Shown: in pieces, positions 1 to 11,264 of the stretch | Layout of the letters: the number at the start of each line of letters is the position of its first letter | Position numbering within the stretch: position 1 is the first letter of the stretch | NCBI GenBank assembly: GCA_963555755.3 | Contig: OY820905.2 | Coordinates: 2,528,001-2,592,000 of the forward strand | Length of the DNA stretch: 64,000 nt | Direction of reading: 5' to 3' | Source: Nitrospirales bacterium | Lineage (GTDB): Bacteria > Nitrospirota > Nitrospiria > Nitrospirales > UBA8639 | Made by a program: the position numbers and the translations under genes | The notes under the pieces: model-generated | Seen by the model: only the letters and a program-made list of their open reading frames with translations | Databases searched by the model: none | Told to the model about the DNA's origin: nothing

Positions 1-3000
1 CGTTTCTGCGACGGCACGACCCCTTCCGAGTGAACAGGACCAAAACTTTCTTCTTGAACCTTCTTCGGGACCGCAGTTCGTCCTGAAGATTGCCAATGCT
101 GGCCAGGACACTGCAATCCTCGACGCTCAGAATGCGGCGCTCACTCACCTGGCCAGCCAGGCACCTGAGTTCCATTGTCCTCGCATTCATCCAGCAACAA
201 CCGGTGAGTTGATCGCGCGCGCGCAGGGATCAGACGGTTCGACTCACTTTGTGAGGATGTTGACCTATGTGCCTGGTCACCTCTTCGTTCATACGAGCCC
301 CCACACCTCTGAACTACTCGACAGCCTTGGCCAATGTTTTGGTCAACTCGATCGAGCTCTGAGTCCGTTCTCCCATCCTGCTTTAAAACGAGTGCTCCAG
401 TGGGATTTGAAACACGCGAGTGAGGTCATCGAGCAGAACATTGACCATATCGCCGAATCCGGTCAGCGCAACCTCGTGACCCATTTTCTCCAACGCTTTC
501 GGAAAGTCGTGCTGCCGGCTCTACCCAAACTTCGAACCAGCGTCATTCACAATGACGGAAACGATTACAATGTGTTGGTCTCCGACCTTTACCCATCTGG
601 CGGAACCGTCACTGGGGTAATCGACTTTGGAGACCTTGTCGAAACGCACACCGTGTTCGAACTCGCCATCTGTTCAGCCTATGCTCTTTTGGGGAAAGCG
701 GATCCCATAGCCGCCGTTGCACAGGTCGTAGGCGGATACCATTTATCCAACCCACTCACGGAACTTGAGCTTGAATTGCTGTATGACTTAATCGCCACTC
801 GCCTTTGCACCAGCGTGGTGATTGCAGCTCGTGAAAAAAAGGCTCATCCCGAGAACTCCTACCTCACAGTGTCTGAAGCACCTGCATCGACGGCCTTGCA
901 CCAACTCGCCAGCCTGAGCCCTCGGTTCACTCACTATGCTTTTCGCCATGCCTGTGGGCTAGCACCGTGCGAACGAGACGTTCCTATTGTGGAATGGCTT
1001 CGAACTCACGCACAGGCTATGGGGCCTGTTGTGGAACACGATGTGCAAAACGCAGCCTCTTTCGTGTTTGATCTATGCCCAGGAAGTTTTGACTTCACTG
1101 AAGTCGCAGATCTTTCCAATACTAAACGATGGGCAGAAGTCCTTTTTGAACGAATGGAGTCGGCAGGCGTGCAGGTTGGCATCGGTCGATATAACGAACC
1201 AAGACGGACCTACACCTCTACCTCTTACCGACCAGACGCAGGCGAGATCGAAGACTGCCGAACGATTCATCTCGGCATGGATCTCTTTTTGGAGCCTGGG
1301 ACAAGAGTACTGACACCATTAGATAGTGTAGTGCACAGCTTTGCGAATAACACCCAACCTCAGGATTACGGACCCACCATCATTCTCCGACATCACACTG
1401 ATGCTGGATTGGAATTTTTCACTCTCTATGGCCATCTGAGCGTGGAATCACTCGAAAGTCTTTCTCCTGGTAAACACATGGCGAAGGGTACTTGTCTTGG
1501 GACGATTGGCACGTCAGCGATCAACGGTGGCTGGCCTCCCCATCTCCACTTTCAACTCATCACCGACGTCTTTGAGTATTCCGGCAATTTCCCAGGTGTG
1601 TGTACGGCGCGTGATCGTGACCTGTGGCTTGCACTGTGCCCGGATCCCAATCTGATCCTTCGCATTCCCAACTTACCCAAACCGGATCATGGCCGAAGTC
1701 TTGAGGACATTCTTACAGCTCGTCAGCAGCACATTGGAAAATCTCTTAGCCTGTCGTACCACAAGCCGCTCAAAATCGTTCAAGGGTGGATGCAATACCT
1801 GTACGACCACTTGGGCCGAGAGTATCTCGACACGGTGAACAATGTGAATCATGTTGGCCATTCGCATCCTACCGTAGTCCAGGCTGCCCAACGGCAGATG
1901 GCTGTTCTCAATACCAATACACGTTTCCTTCATGACAACCTTGTCGACTATGCCGAACGCTTGTGTGCCCTGTTTCCCAGTCCACTGAACGTTTGCTTCT
2001 TCGTCTGCTCAGGGAGCGAAGCCAATGAACTGGCCTTGCGCCTGGCACGCGCACATACTCGGGCCACGGATTTTATCGTGGTGGAGGGTGGATACCACGG
2101 CAACACGTCCACGCTAGTCGATATCAGTCCCTACAAGTTTGATGGGCCCGGGGGAGCTGGCGCACCACCCAACGTTCACACGGTCATGATGCCCGACCCC
2201 TACCGTGGACCGCACAGGGATAAGCAGACAGCAGGGCACCTTTACGCTCAGCAGGTGCACGAAGTGGTCAACCTCATCCAAAGCAATGGGAACCGAGTGT
2301 GTGCGTTTATCTGTGAGTCGATGTTAAGCTGCGGCGGCCAGATCATTTTGCCACCCGAGTATTTAGCCGAAGCGTATCATCACGTGCGAGCAGCAGGGGG
2401 AGTCTGTATTGCCGATGAAGTCCAGGTGGGTTTTGGGAGGTTGGGGTCACACTTCTGGGGCTTCCAAACTCAGGGCGTGGTCCCTGATATCGTCACACTG
2501 GGGAAACCTATGGGGAACGGCCATCCACTCGCAGCAGTGGTCACGAGGCCGGAAATTGCCGAGTCCTTTGCCAATGGCATGGAGTACTTCAACACGTTCG
2601 GGGGAAATCCTGTTTCGTGCGCCATTGGAATGGCCGTGCTGAATATCATCGAAACCGAACACCTCCAGGAACATGCCCTGCACACGGGCCAGTATTTTAA
2701 GGAACAACTCAGCCAGTTGATGAAGCATCACGCTCTAATTGGTGATGTGCGAGGAGAGGGGCTGTTTTTGGGTGTAGAGCTAGTGAGAGATGGTGACACG
2801 TTAGAAACCGCTGGGGTAGAAGCCTCGTATGTGAGTAATCGCATGAAAGACTTAGGTGTCCTTGTTAGTACAGATGGCCCGTTTCACAATGTGCTAAAAA
2901 TAAAGCCTCCGATGGTCTTTACTCAGGCTGACGCAGACCGGTTCATATCGGTCCTGGACCAAGTACTTGGTGAACCTCGGCTCAAACTTATCGGTACCTC

Positions 3001-3007
3001 CTCTTGA
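1..3007 (+). CDS. 5'-truncated fusion: APH-like (hydroxylysine-kinase-like) phosphotransferase + M23-like domain + class III PLP aminotransferase/phospho-lyase
   Basis: Frame open from the window start (..[15 protein letters not shown]). Kinase motifs IHNDGNDYN and IDFGD; M23-like HLGMDL, LYGHL, PPHLHFQ; class III AT motifs [32 protein letters not shown]. Confidence 0.9.
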   Translation, partial: VSATARPLPSEQDQNFLLEPSSGPQFVLKIANAGQDTAILDAQNAALTHLASQAPEFHCPRIHPATTGELIARAQGSDGSTHFVRMLTYVPGHLFVHTSPHTSELLDSLGQCFGQLDRALSPFSHPALKRVLQWDLKHASEVIEQNIDHIAESGQRNLVTHFLQRFRKVVLPALPKLRTSVIHNDGNDYNVLVSDLYPSGGTVTGVIDFGDLVETHTVFELAICSAYALLGKADPIAAVAQVVGGYHLSNPLTELELELLYDLIATRLCTSVVIAAREKKAHPENSYLTVSEAPASTALHQLASLSPRFTHYAFRHACGLAPCERDVPIVEWLRTHAQAMGPVVEHDVQNAASFVFDLCPGSFDFTEVADLSNTKRWAEVLFERMESAGVQVGIGRYNEPRRTYTSTSYRPDAGEIEDCRTIHLGMDLFLEPGTRVLTPLDSVVHSFANNTQPQDYGPTIILRHHTDAGLEFFTLYGHLSVESLESLSPGKHMAKGTCLGTIGTSAINGGWPPHLHFQLITDVFEYSGNFPGVCTARDRDLWLALCPDPNLILRIPNLPKPDHGRSLEDILTARQQHIGKSLSLSYHKPLKIVQGWMQYLYDHLGREYLDTVNNVNHVGHSHPTVVQAAQRQMAVLNTNTRFLHDNLVDYAERLCALFPSPLNVCFFVCSGSEANELALRLARAHTRATDFIVVEGGYHGNTSTLVDISPYKFDGPGGAGAPPNVHTVMMPDPYRGPHRDKQTAGHLYAQQVHEVVNLIQSNGNRVCAFICESMLSCGGQIILPPEYLAEAYHHVRAAGGVCIADEVQVGFGRLGSHFWGFQTQGVVPDIVTLGKPMGNGHPLAAVVTRPEIAESFANGMEYFNTFGGNPVSCAIGMAVLNIIETEHLQEHALHTGQYFKEQLSQLMKHHALIGDVRGEGLFLGVELVRDGDTLETAGVEASYVSNRMKDLGVLVSTDGPFHNVLKIKPPMVFTQADADRFISVLDQVLGEPRLKLIGTSS

Positions 3008-3102
3008 ACAATTCCTTTTAACCTAGAAACGGCAGTTGGGCGCAAAAAAGACGTGTAAGCTATTGGTGTGCATGGTGCAATACAAAAAGTCGTAGTCACC
3101 TT

Positions 3103-3261
3103 AGGGTTCGCGCAAGAATACCTTCCCCGGTTTGGGCGTCGATCCATCCCGCCTGGCGGCGTTGCTCGTTCTTTCCATACGAGGAGTATGCGCAGTCCTC
3201 GCGCCTTGCCAGACAGGTGTCTCAGCACCCAAACCGGGGAAGGTATTCTTGCGCGAACCCT
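3103..3261. repeat. 159-bp palindromic REP/MITE, family R1, copy 1
   Basis: Terminal inverted repeat AGGGTTCGCGCAAGAATA...TATTCTTGCGCGAACCCT; closely similar copies at 19447-19605 and 53023-53181. Confidence 0.9.
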
Positions 3262-3302
3262 CCGTGGTGATGAGACATTTTTGTATTGTGCCAGGTGCGC
3301 CT

Positions 3303-3595
3303 AGGAGCCTGTCCGAGATTAGGGATCGTTGCGAGGGAGTGCTGGTTTGAGTCAGATGTTTCGATCGTTTGAGGCGAATAGTAGGGCTATTCAACGAAAA
3401 CGGGGAAGGTTGAAAAAGGCTGTCCAGCAAGGCCGCAGGGCTTTTGGCGCGCGGAGCGTACACGGAGTACGTGAGCACACCAAAAGCCCGAGAACGCAGC
3501 TGGCCGCCTTTTTCAACCTTCCCCGAAAAGGATCGGAAGATCTGGCCACATCCAGCGCACCCGCAGTAGATCCGTCTAATCTTGGACAGGCTCCT
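3303..3595. mobile_element. Small non-autonomous element (MITE) enclosing a family R2 REP at 3401-3525
   Basis: TIR AGGAGCCTGTCCGAGATTAG...CTAATCTTGGACAGGCTCCT; inner palindrome CGGGGAAGGTTGAAAAAGGC...GCCTTTTTCAACCTTCCCCG. Confidence 0.7.
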
Positions 3596-3842
3596 TGAGC
3601 TTGCGCGGACTTTTGTGATCCAACTGCTGTTTCTAGGTTTAAACCCGGATTCAGCCGTTGAGAAATCGTGATCCCCGTTTGGTCAAAAAACTGAACCGGG
3701 GAAAGGTAAAACAAAACCGGCTCATTGGGCCTCTGGCAGCGGTGATTAGAAATTCGCTCGGCACAGGAAGTGCGTCAGCCTCTAGTCCGGGAAGTACCGC
3801 AACGGATACGGAAGTGCAACGGCGCTAATCCTTCAACGGGAA

Positions 3843-3993
3843 GGGAGTCAAGTCTTGACTTAATATCTTAACTTCCTTCTGGTCTGTCCTATGACATGGG
3901 ATCAATCGGTGTGGGGGAAAGTTGAGCCAGTCCCAGGAAAGCCAGCCACGGCTGGCTCGAGCGAAAAAAGGTATTAAGTCAAGACCAGACCCC
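3843..3993. mobile_element. ~150-bp MITE, family A (RAYT-element-like ends), copy 1
   Basis: TIR GTCTTGACTTAATA...TATTAAGTCAAGACC; near-identical copy at 6092-6239 and an inverted copy at 12734-12860. Confidence 0.8.
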
Positions 3994-4124
3994 ACACCAC
4001 CACACTTGTGGGCCATGAGCCATTGTAACGACACCCAACATCACTCACCAATTGTGCAACAACGCCGAGCGATCAACGTAACTGCTCGTCGCCACGCGGG
4101 TTTTCCCCTAGTAAGTAGGCTCGC

Positions 4125-4153
4125 TTGACGCACTTCGTAAGGAGGCGTAGGCT
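4125..4153 (+). promoter_or_regulatory. Putative sigma-70 promoter
   Basis: TTGACG-17 bp-TAGGCT. Confidence 0.4.
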
Positions 4154-4236
4154 TGCAGCTCTGATATGAATCAGTCGAGGTGTACATGGGGTGACTGGCC
4201 TAAAAATAAGTCGTCTGGATTCAGGACTGCTCTTGC

Positions 4237-4281
4237 AAGCCCTTCGGGTGGGAACGTGCCCCCGAAGGGCTTTTTCGTTTT
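4237..4281 (+). terminator. Rho-independent terminator-like hairpin upstream of the response regulator gene
   Basis: AAGCCCTTCGGG...CCCGAAGGGCTT followed by a T-rich tract. Confidence 0.6.
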
Positions 4282-4569
4282 CAGCACGAGGTGAAAGGAG
4301 CAACTTGGCCTGCCCGCAAGTTCAGGCGGGAATTCGGTTAGCTGCCTACTTACGAGGAGCTACCTCAGTCCGAGGCGGGACTACAAGCTCAACGATATCA
4401 TGGGGGGCCAAATCGTCTCATACCCGGTGAAATGATCAGATGCAGGCGTTGAGCTGAAAATGAAACGTCAACCTCTCAGGCACGCGCGTGAGGCAGGCGG
4501 ACGTGGAAACTGAATGGTCTCCTCAGGGGACTACCCTCAGAGGGGGCTTCCAGCAGAAAGGGGGTCAAC

Positions 4570-5442
4570 ATGTTCACAACACTAGGATTCTGGGGATACC
4601 TGGGAATTGTGGTCGCCCTCGCCGCGATGGTCGGGGTCTTGTACGTTTGCCTGTGCTTCCTGTCCCCCAAAAAAAGACCTAGGGGGACAAAGGGCTGTGT
4701 GATGGTCGTCGAGGATGAGTCGGACGTCAGAGAAAATATACGCGTGAAGCTCGAGCGGGCCGGATACGACGTGATCGAGACAGAGGACGGAGAGAAAGCT
4801 ATCGAGGCGATGGGTTCGGGCGAGAATAGCTTTGATGTCGACGTCATTATCACGGATATCCCCAAGAGCAAGGGCCTGGAAGCAATCACCTATTTCAAGA
4901 AGAATTACCCGAGCATCTCTCTGATTGGCCTGACCGGGTTACCGCATTTCGAGATGGGGAATACCCGACTAACAAAAATTGCCATCCTAGGAGGCGGCAA
5001 AGGTGGAAGCGCGCTGCTCAGTCTATTCAGCCATTTGCCCGGCATTGAGATTGTCGGGATCACCGACAAAGATCCAAACGCACCAGCATTGAAACGTGCC
5101 CATGAGCTGCGTATCCCAGTCGTCCACGATGCGATTAGCCTGATTGCCTCGGAAGGCACGGATCTGATCGTGGACGTGACCGGCGACCCTCACATGCAAC
5201 AGCTCATTGCTGAGCATAAGGGCCCGGGGGCGGAAATATTGGGAGGCGCAACCGCCAGACTCCTTTGGGATGTGGTTCAGCACGAGGCGGAGATGCAGAC
5301 CCATTTACACCAGAACGAGTCATTGGCCAGCCTGGTCACGCACGGGATGCTCGTAAACTATCTGGTCAAACCACTTCAGGATGAGACCCTCATAGCGTCA
5401 GTCACCAATGCGATGGAGCAGCGGGAAATCCATCGGTTATAA
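4570..5442 (+). CDS. Membrane-anchored response regulator whose receiver domain is split by a Rossmann-like NAD(P)-binding domain
   Basis: N-terminal TM; VMVVEDE..VIITD..LIGLTG (REC b1-b4); KIAILGGGKGG Rossmann motif; C-terminal NYLVKP (REC b5). Confidence 0.8.
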   Translation: MFTTLGFWGYLGIVVALAAMVGVLYVCLCFLSPKKRPRGTKGCVMVVEDESDVRENIRVKLERAGYDVIETEDGEKAIEAMGSGENSFDVDVIITDIPKSKGLEAITYFKKNYPSISLIGLTGLPHFEMGNTRLTKIAILGGGKGGSALLSLFSHLPGIEIVGITDKDPNAPALKRAHELRIPVVHDAISLIASEGTDLIVDVTGDPHMQQLIAEHKGPGAEILGGATARLLWDVVQHEAEMQTHLHQNESLASLVTHGMLVNYLVKPLQDETLIASVTNAMEQREIHRL

Positions 5443-5525
5443 GACGGTCAAGTCAGTACATTATTCCTGCACAGCAATAGAAGCCTCACGCCTGCGGGTG
5501 TGAGGCTCTACACGCCGATACGAAT

Positions 5526-5741
5526 ATGGGCCTGTTGGATATTGCACTCCAATAGCCAACCAAAGCTCCAGATGAGCCACGCATCGTCAATGGGAGGGAA
5601 TGTTCAAAAAAGCATTCCCTGAGTCTTTCCGAAGGGTCTATCCAGCAAGGCCGCAGCCATTTTGACGCGCGGAGCGTACATTGAGTACGTGAGCACGGCG
5701 AAAGGGCGAGAACGCCGCTGGCGGCTTTTTTTAACATTCCC
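5526..5741. repeat. REP/MITE family R2 (long form); near-identical to 36994-37209
   Basis: Shared core GCAAGGCCGCAGCC..GCGCGGAGCGTAC..GTACGTGAGCACG..GAGAACGCCGCTGG. Confidence 0.85.
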
Positions 5742-5792
5742 AAAATGGCTATTTTTGCCGGATTTGGATTTGGGATTTTACAAGGAGGACTT

Positions 5793-6071
5793 ATGGAGTG
5801 GAGAGCCAGTCATATTTTAATTAAAGAAAAAGGGTTAGCCGACGAACTGAGAAAACGTATTAAAAGCGGAGGAAATTTTGGAGACTTGGCGAAAGAATTT
5901 TCTACCTGTCCAAGTAAATCCAAAAGTGGTGATCTTGGGTGGTTTGGTCCAGGCAAAATGGTCAAACCCTTTGAAGATGCAATCAAACGCATGAGCCATG
6001 GAAGTATTAGCCAGGTAGTAAAAACTCAATTTGGTTACCACATTATTAAAAAAACTGGGCAGAAGGATTAA
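5793..6071 (+). CDS. ppiC: Parvulin-type peptidyl-prolyl cis-trans isomerase
   Basis: ASHILIK, FGDLAKEFSTCPS, GDLGWFGPGKMVKPFE, TQFGYHII; RBS GGAGG before ATG 5793. Confidence 0.9.
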   Translation: MEWRASHILIKEKGLADELRKRIKSGGNFGDLAKEFSTCPSKSKSGDLGWFGPGKMVKPFEDAIKRMSHGSISQVVKTQFGYHIIKKTGQKD

Positions 6072-6091
6072 TCCAAAAAAAGAGGATAAGA

Positions 6092-6239
6092 GGGCGAGGA
6101 TTGACTTAATACCTTAACTTCCTTCTGGTTTGTCCTACGACGTGGGATCAATCTGTGTGGGGGAAAGTTGAGCCAGTCCCAGGAAAGCCAGCCACGGCTG
6201 GCTCGAACGAAAAAAGGTATTAAGTCAAGACCCGACCCC
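6092..6239. mobile_element. MITE family A, copy 2
   Basis: Near-identical to 3843-3993. Confidence 0.8.
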
Positions 6240-6272
6240 GCCCCCCCAGCAATTCTTATGGATGTGCCTCAA

Positions 6273-6584
6273 TCAATTCCAATTGAATACATCAATTTTG
6301 GTGTCCTCTTCTTGCTCAGGGTGAATAAACTTAAACCCGTCGGGCTCCTGGTAATCCAGGGTAATTCCTTGCATGCGTGGGGCGCTCCGCCCTTCAACCG
6401 CCACAATCAATCCTTTCACCTCCTGCACCTCGTCATCGGGCTGAACCTTATCTTCAAGGGTAATGTTGAACGACAATCGGGCCTCATCGAGGTCCCGCAC
6501 CTTCAATCGGACAATGGGGTCTTCCGGGTGTTCGCGGATTAAAACCTTGAGTTTTGTTACAGCATGTTCCGTAAGAAAAATCAT
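6273..6584 (-). CDS. HesB/IscA-fold protein lacking the Fe-S ligand cysteines
   Basis: MIFLTEHAVTKLK..VRLKV..DDEVQEVKGLIVAV..GITLDY..GFKFIHP pattern of the Fe-S_biosyn fold; no Cys. Confidence 0.7.
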   Translation of the reverse strand: MIFLTEHAVTKLKVLIREHPEDPIVRLKVRDLDEARLSFNITLEDKVQPDDEVQEVKGLIVAVEGRSAPRMQGITLDYQEPDGFKFIHPEQEEDTKIDVFNWN

Positions 6585-6899
6585 ACCTACCCTTCCTTTC
6601 ATCGAGGGTTCCAAATTGGAGTTCCCAGGTACTTATTCTCAATCATGGCGACCTTCATGCCAAGGTTCAACCTGCATTCTTGTAGCCTCTAACAGTTCTT
6701 CCCCCAGACCCTAAATTTTCCACAATCCAATGAAAAACGGTTACAGGATCAACTGTTCCAGCGTCAGGCATGAGTATGCTTTATTCAATAAGGACTGCCA
6801 AAATTTGTTTTTCCAAATATTGAGGGGGAAGGGGCTACCACAGAGTGACTCCTTTTTCCTTCTGAATAAATAAATCAATACTCATGCCTGACCCCCCTT

Positions 6900-7320
6900 G
6901 ATAATTGCGACACGAAATCCCATACAGCACACGTTTGAGGAGAACGTCATCCAAGGCCCCGTGCGCCCGCAAGGGGGGGAGCACGGTTAACGGAATTTCG
7001 GTCTCCCCATCGGGTTGGCGCACCCGCGGAATCCGGAGCGGCACTTGTTGGCCGGCGAGTCGGACACTGCCGGGATTACTCCCATGCCGCCGCCCGGGAA
7101 GCGGCGAGGCTTTCCGGGCATAGCGGGGCCCGGCTACCGTACAGACCTCTGCTTCCAAGAGGGCCTGAACATGGAGGAGGCCCAAGGGGCTGAGGGCCCG
7201 AATACATTCGACTTTCGTCTCCACATCAAACGCCTCATACTGGTCGGGTCGGAGGACCTGGGCCGGCCCCAACCGTTTGGTCTTCTTGCTTCGCTTCGTG
7301 GTTTGCGCACTACTCTTCAT
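6900..7320 (-). pseudogene. IS256-family transposase, N-terminal fragment
   Basis: LLEAEVCTVAGPRY..RRHGSNPGSVRLAGQQVPLRIPRVR..LYGISCRNY, then truncated. Confidence 0.8.
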
Positions 7321-7351
7321 GAAGTGGCTCCTTTCGGCTGCTGGAAAAGAT

Positions 7352-9127
7352 GGGATCAATCGCAATTTTGGTGGAGCCAGGGTACCATCCTTCATGTTCT
7401 TAGCCGTAGATCTTCGCGAGGCGGTAGAGGAAAAAGGGCACCCCTCGGACACCTCGCTGCAGCGCACGGAAATTCTTACTCTTTGCATTACACGATTCAG
7501 CGCTGGCAGTGGTCCGCCGGCCATCAAAGGAGTGCAAGATGGTTGTCTCATGGAGTTTGATCCTCTGCATCGGCGTCTCGCAGGCCGGCAGGATCTCAAT
7601 GGAGGTGTCTAGTTTGGGATCATGCAGAATTTAGGGTTCTGGCAGGACAATACGATCAGGTGCACATAAATTTATGGCACTCCTCGTGGGTTATGTCGCC
7701 TCTCCTTTTGAGCGAATGGCGTCGTCTTGTATTTTTAGGTCGCTGCAGCATCTCATGCTGCCTCTTCCTGGCGTCATAGCCCCTTGGTCCGTGGGAAGAG
7801 GGCACGAGAAGATGGTGCAGCGACACAAGCAAGAAAGCTCACAGGAAGCAACGCCATGGCCAAGAAACTCCATGGGGCCAGAATTGGATGGCGGTAGGAT
7901 AGAACCATAGATTCTGTATGCTCCCTAGTTTGTTGTCCCACTCCTGCAACTTCTCGTGGGCATGGCCTTGCGTCTCACAGTATTCGTAGCTTCCCCGGAA
8001 CATCATGGAGCGGTTGTAGGCTTGCTGTCGCACGGGATACTCGCGGAAGAGCATGGCGCCCCGTTCCTGCTGTGAGGCGGTCCATGTGCTCCTCGCCTTG
8101 ACCCGCAGGTCGCGACTGCTTGCCAGTACCGCCTTGTGGGTATCCCCATTCTCGTAGCGGGGGGCCTGGGAGTGGCTCCCACGTTCCCGAGCCGCTTTGA
8201 CCTGGGCGTTGTCGTCCGTGATCGCCTCCTTGCGCAAGGCCACACGGACTTCCTGGAACGCTTCAGAAACGCGTTGCTGGACCTGGACGCGGTCCTCGAT
8301 CTGCTGCGCATTCGGGAAGCAGACCGTTGCAAGCTGTGCCATACTCGCGTCGAGATCGCGGGTGACGGGCTGGCCCGTCTCTCGTATGGATTCAGGGATC
8401 CGGCGCAAGCCCTCGCTGACGACCTCGGTCTTGGGGCCCTTGACGATGGCAACCAGCGCGCCGTGCTTGCCGTGGCGCGCGTTGTTCGTGAGGACGGTGT
8501 AGCGCTCGCCTTGGCTGCTTGCCACTGCAGCAAGGCGCACGTGCCTCCCCACGTTCTCCGGAAACACGAGCCATGCGGCGGCATGCGTGCGCGCCTCCCA
8601 CGTGGGGACGTCGCTGCGAGGCTCGCGGTAGTGCCGCACAACCCCCGTGGCATCCAGGAAATGAGCCTCGGCAATCGTGGCCCAGGCCCGCGGCTTGTGG
8701 GCAGCCGCGTGCTTTTACAAAAGCCGCACATTCCGTCGCCAGTTGTGTCCCGGGGGCCGGAAGAGCCATGGCGCGCGTCAGAAGCGAGGGCTCGCCCTCC
8801 CCACCTGCCAGCGCCGGCGGCGAAACGTGAGGGAACCGGGTCGGCCCCTGGCGGGACAATCGGTGATGGTGCTGTCCTGGAATCCTTTGGACCAGACGCG
8901 TGGGCCTGGCTGCGCATCCGCCAGCGGAGGGTGATTCTTCTCTTCCAGTACCAAGTGGATCGCGTGGGCCGTCTTCGTGCCTCGACTCAGCTCGAAATAC
9001 TCCACGGGGCCGTCGGGTAAGAAGAAGGCCACCATCTGACGTTCATCGGTGGTGTCCATCCGGTCATGCTCCCTCCTTTCTTCCCCTCACCGTTTACCCC
9101 CACTCCACCAAAAGTGCAACTGATCCC
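7352..9127 (-). mobile_element. Degenerate ISL3-family (ISAon1-like) element, interrupted by a MITE
   Basis: TIRs GGATCAATCGCAATTTTGGTGGAG / CTCCACCAAAAGTGCAACTGATCC. Remnant ORFs: 8778-9059 (FLPDG..YFEL..LEEKN) and 7400-8640 (WLVFPENVG, ENGDTHK, C-terminal AESCNAKSKNFR..LAKIYG). Confidence 0.85.
7616..7925. mobile_element. 310-bp MITE inserted in the ISL3 transposase
   Basis: 25-bp imperfect TIR GGGATCATGCAGAATTTAGGGTTCT / GGGAGCATACAGAATCTATGGTTCT; 6-bp target duplication TAGTTT; ISL3 coding sequence resumes on the other side. Confidence 0.8.
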
Positions 9128-9133
9128 TTAAGC

Positions 9134-9433
9134 TTATTTGCTGGGACGCGCTTTGCCGGCCATAGCCTTTAATTCTGATCCACATTTAAACGTCACCGTC
9201 TTCGAGGCTTTAATCTTAATGACCTCGCCAGTTCCAGGATTGCGGCCTTTTCTCGCGGGACGGGATTTGATGGTAAAGGTTCCAAACCCAACTAACCGAA
9301 CTTCCCCGTCTTTCTTAATGCCGGTTTCAATCGCGGATAGTACGGCCTGAAGCGCGCGGGTTGCTGCCGCCTTGGACTCTAAACCAGAAGCCTTATTGGA
9401 TACTAGTTGTTCTACGAGACCTTCTTTTCTCAT
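9134..9433 (-). CDS. hup: HU-family DNA-binding protein
   Basis: VRLVGFGTF..RPARKGRNPGTGEVIKI signature. Confidence 0.95.
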   Translation of the reverse strand: MRKEGLVEQLVSNKASGLESKAAATRALQAVLSAIETGIKKDGEVRLVGFGTFTIKSRPARKGRNPGTGEVIKIKASKTVTFKCGSELKAMAGKARPSK

Positions 9434-9673
9434 AACCCTTTTCCCTCCTTCTAAGGTGAGCCTTTAACAATTGCCGTACAAGATATAGGTTTTTCCAATG
9501 ACTTTTCAAGAAAATTTTGAAAAAAACATTTGGATAAAATGTTTTGCACTCTAGGCAGCGTAGGGGTTTGATGGCGCTGTACATGGCGAATTCCTCATCG
9601 CTTCTGCCTGAGGCTCATTTATCCGCTCTTGACCGTACTGTCACCACGGATGAGTTTTTTGACCATAGGAGCT

Positions 9674-10435
9674 TTACGCCCTGATGCCGTCGATCATGAT
9701 GAAAACCGGGTATTGAAGAAAATGATCCCAGTAGTCCCCTGCCCCGCCCGCTTGAGGATCGGGGGCAAGTGTCAGTTTATGGAATGCGACATCGCGAAAC
9801 CCCGCGTCGTGAAGGGCCGACTCGTACGCCGCAATCGGCAAGTAGTAATTCTCGATCACGATCGATTCGTCGTCTAAGTGGAGGGTAATGACCACTGGAG
9901 CTCCTTCATATGCCGATTCGGGGAACCGGGTCTCGAAGCCGTATTTTCGATAGTCCGGCGGATGAGACTGCCACGTGTACAGTTCAGGGTTGGTGGTTAA
10001 TGTCACGAACCGACCTCCGGTTTTGATGCGCCGCGCCAGTCCGCGACACATGACACCGAGTTCCTCACGATCGTGTGCGTACACCAGCAACCAATTGGAG
10101 ACGGCAAGGTCGAAATCCTGTGGCGGCCCTGTCCCTCGTGCGTCCTCAACCCGGTATTCAATGCCGAGCGGCTTGCGCGCCTCCTGCCAGCGGGCAAGCG
10201 CGATCATTTCTTCGGAAATGTCGATGCCAACAACCTCTGACGCGCCCGCTTTGCGAAGTTTTCGTGTGAGCCATCCTTCCCCGCACGCGACATCGATAAC
10301 ATTCTTACCCGCAAGGTCACCGATCAGATTCATTAACGAAAACAGCTCGACCTGAGTGCGCCACGGCTGCTCTTTGGCTTTCTTGTACTGCTTGGCGATC
10401 TGATTGTAATCCGTCGTCATAGTCACCTCGCTCAC
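9674..10435 (-). CDS. Class I SAM-dependent methyltransferase
   Basis: VIDVACGEG motif I, VVGIDIS, FDLAVS. Confidence 0.9.
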   Translation of the reverse strand: MSEVTMTTDYNQIAKQYKKAKEQPWRTQVELFSLMNLIGDLAGKNVIDVACGEGWLTRKLRKAGASEVVGIDISEEMIALARWQEARKPLGIEYRVEDARGTGPPQDFDLAVSNWLLVYAHDREELGVMCRGLARRIKTGGRFVTLTTNPELYTWQSHPPDYRKYGFETRFPESAYEGAPVVITLHLDDESIVIENYYLPIAAYESALHDAGFRDVAFHKLTLAPDPQAGGAGDYWDHFLQYPVFIMIDGIRA

Positions 10436-10466
10436 TGATGGGTGTTGTCAAGTTAACGTGCGGCAA

Positions 10467-10736
10467 GGCGTTGTTACACAATTGGCCAGTGATGTTGGGT
10501 GTCGTGACAATGGCTCATGGCACACCACGCATACACCTTCCGATACCATGTTCGTAATTGGTCCCATTATAATCAGGCCCTCATTGCTCGGGGCGGCATT
10601 ACCTTCTGGATCGATGAAGCCGCACTCCCGACATGGCGAAACACCCAGACTCACAGTGGGTCTGGTGGCCCTAGAATCTACTCGGATACGACAATTCACT
10701 GCACGCGGTGGTGGTCAAGAGCGTGTCCCGCCTCAG
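10467..10736 (+). pseudogene. IS5-family (IS903 group) left end and transposase N-terminal fragment, cut by IS6
   Basis: End GGCGTTGTTACACAATT; ORF from 10517 YHVRNWSHYNQALIARGGITFWID..GGPRIYSD. Confidence 0.75.
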
Positions 10737-11250
10737 GGTGTTGTCAACTTAACTCGTTTTTGCCAGACTGGCGTGATGAAAACCAAAAAGCCCAGCTACC
10801 ACCGCCATCGTTTTCCTTCTGAAATTATTAGCCACGCCGTCTGGTTGTACCATCGTTTCTGCCTCAGTTTCCGTGAAATCGAAGAATTGCTGGCCGAACG
10901 TGGCATCACCGTCACCTATGAAACCGTTCGTCAATGGTGCCGAAAGTTTGGGGCAGCCTATGCGCGGAAATTGAAGAAACGACAAGGTCGTCTCGGTGCT
11001 ACGTGGCATCTTGATGAAGTGTGTGTGTCCATCCAAGGCCAACCGCAGTATCTCTGGCGAGCCGTGGATCAAGACGGCGATACCATTGATATGTTGGTGC
11101 AACGCCGACGTAATACACAAGCAGCGGTGCGTTTCTTCCGCCGCATACTGAAAGACCAAGGTCATGAACGCGTTGGATGATCACCGACAAATTCAAAAGC
11201 TACGGCGTCGCACACCGGGCCGTCATGCCGACCGTCGAACCTATCAAGGT
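10737..11250 (+). pseudogene. IS6-family element, frameshifted and truncated transposase
   Basis: TIR GGTGTTGTCAACTTAAC (a second IS6-type end at 10441-10457); YHRHRFPSEIISHAVWLYHRF, WHLDEV, YLWRAVDQDG; frameshift near 11168, then ITDK.KSY. Confidence 0.85.
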
Positions 11251-11264
11251 TTGGGGTCGGGTCT

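Noticed and set aside
3068..3714. ORFs such as MGVDPSRLAALLV.. and MLKKAASGVLA.. recurring in the ORF track
   Set aside because: They are translations of REP/MITE repeats, not genes.
8003..9020. Long ORFs 8003-8917 (-) and 8136-9020 (+)
   Set aside because: Shadow frames of the GC-rich decayed ISL3 transposase.
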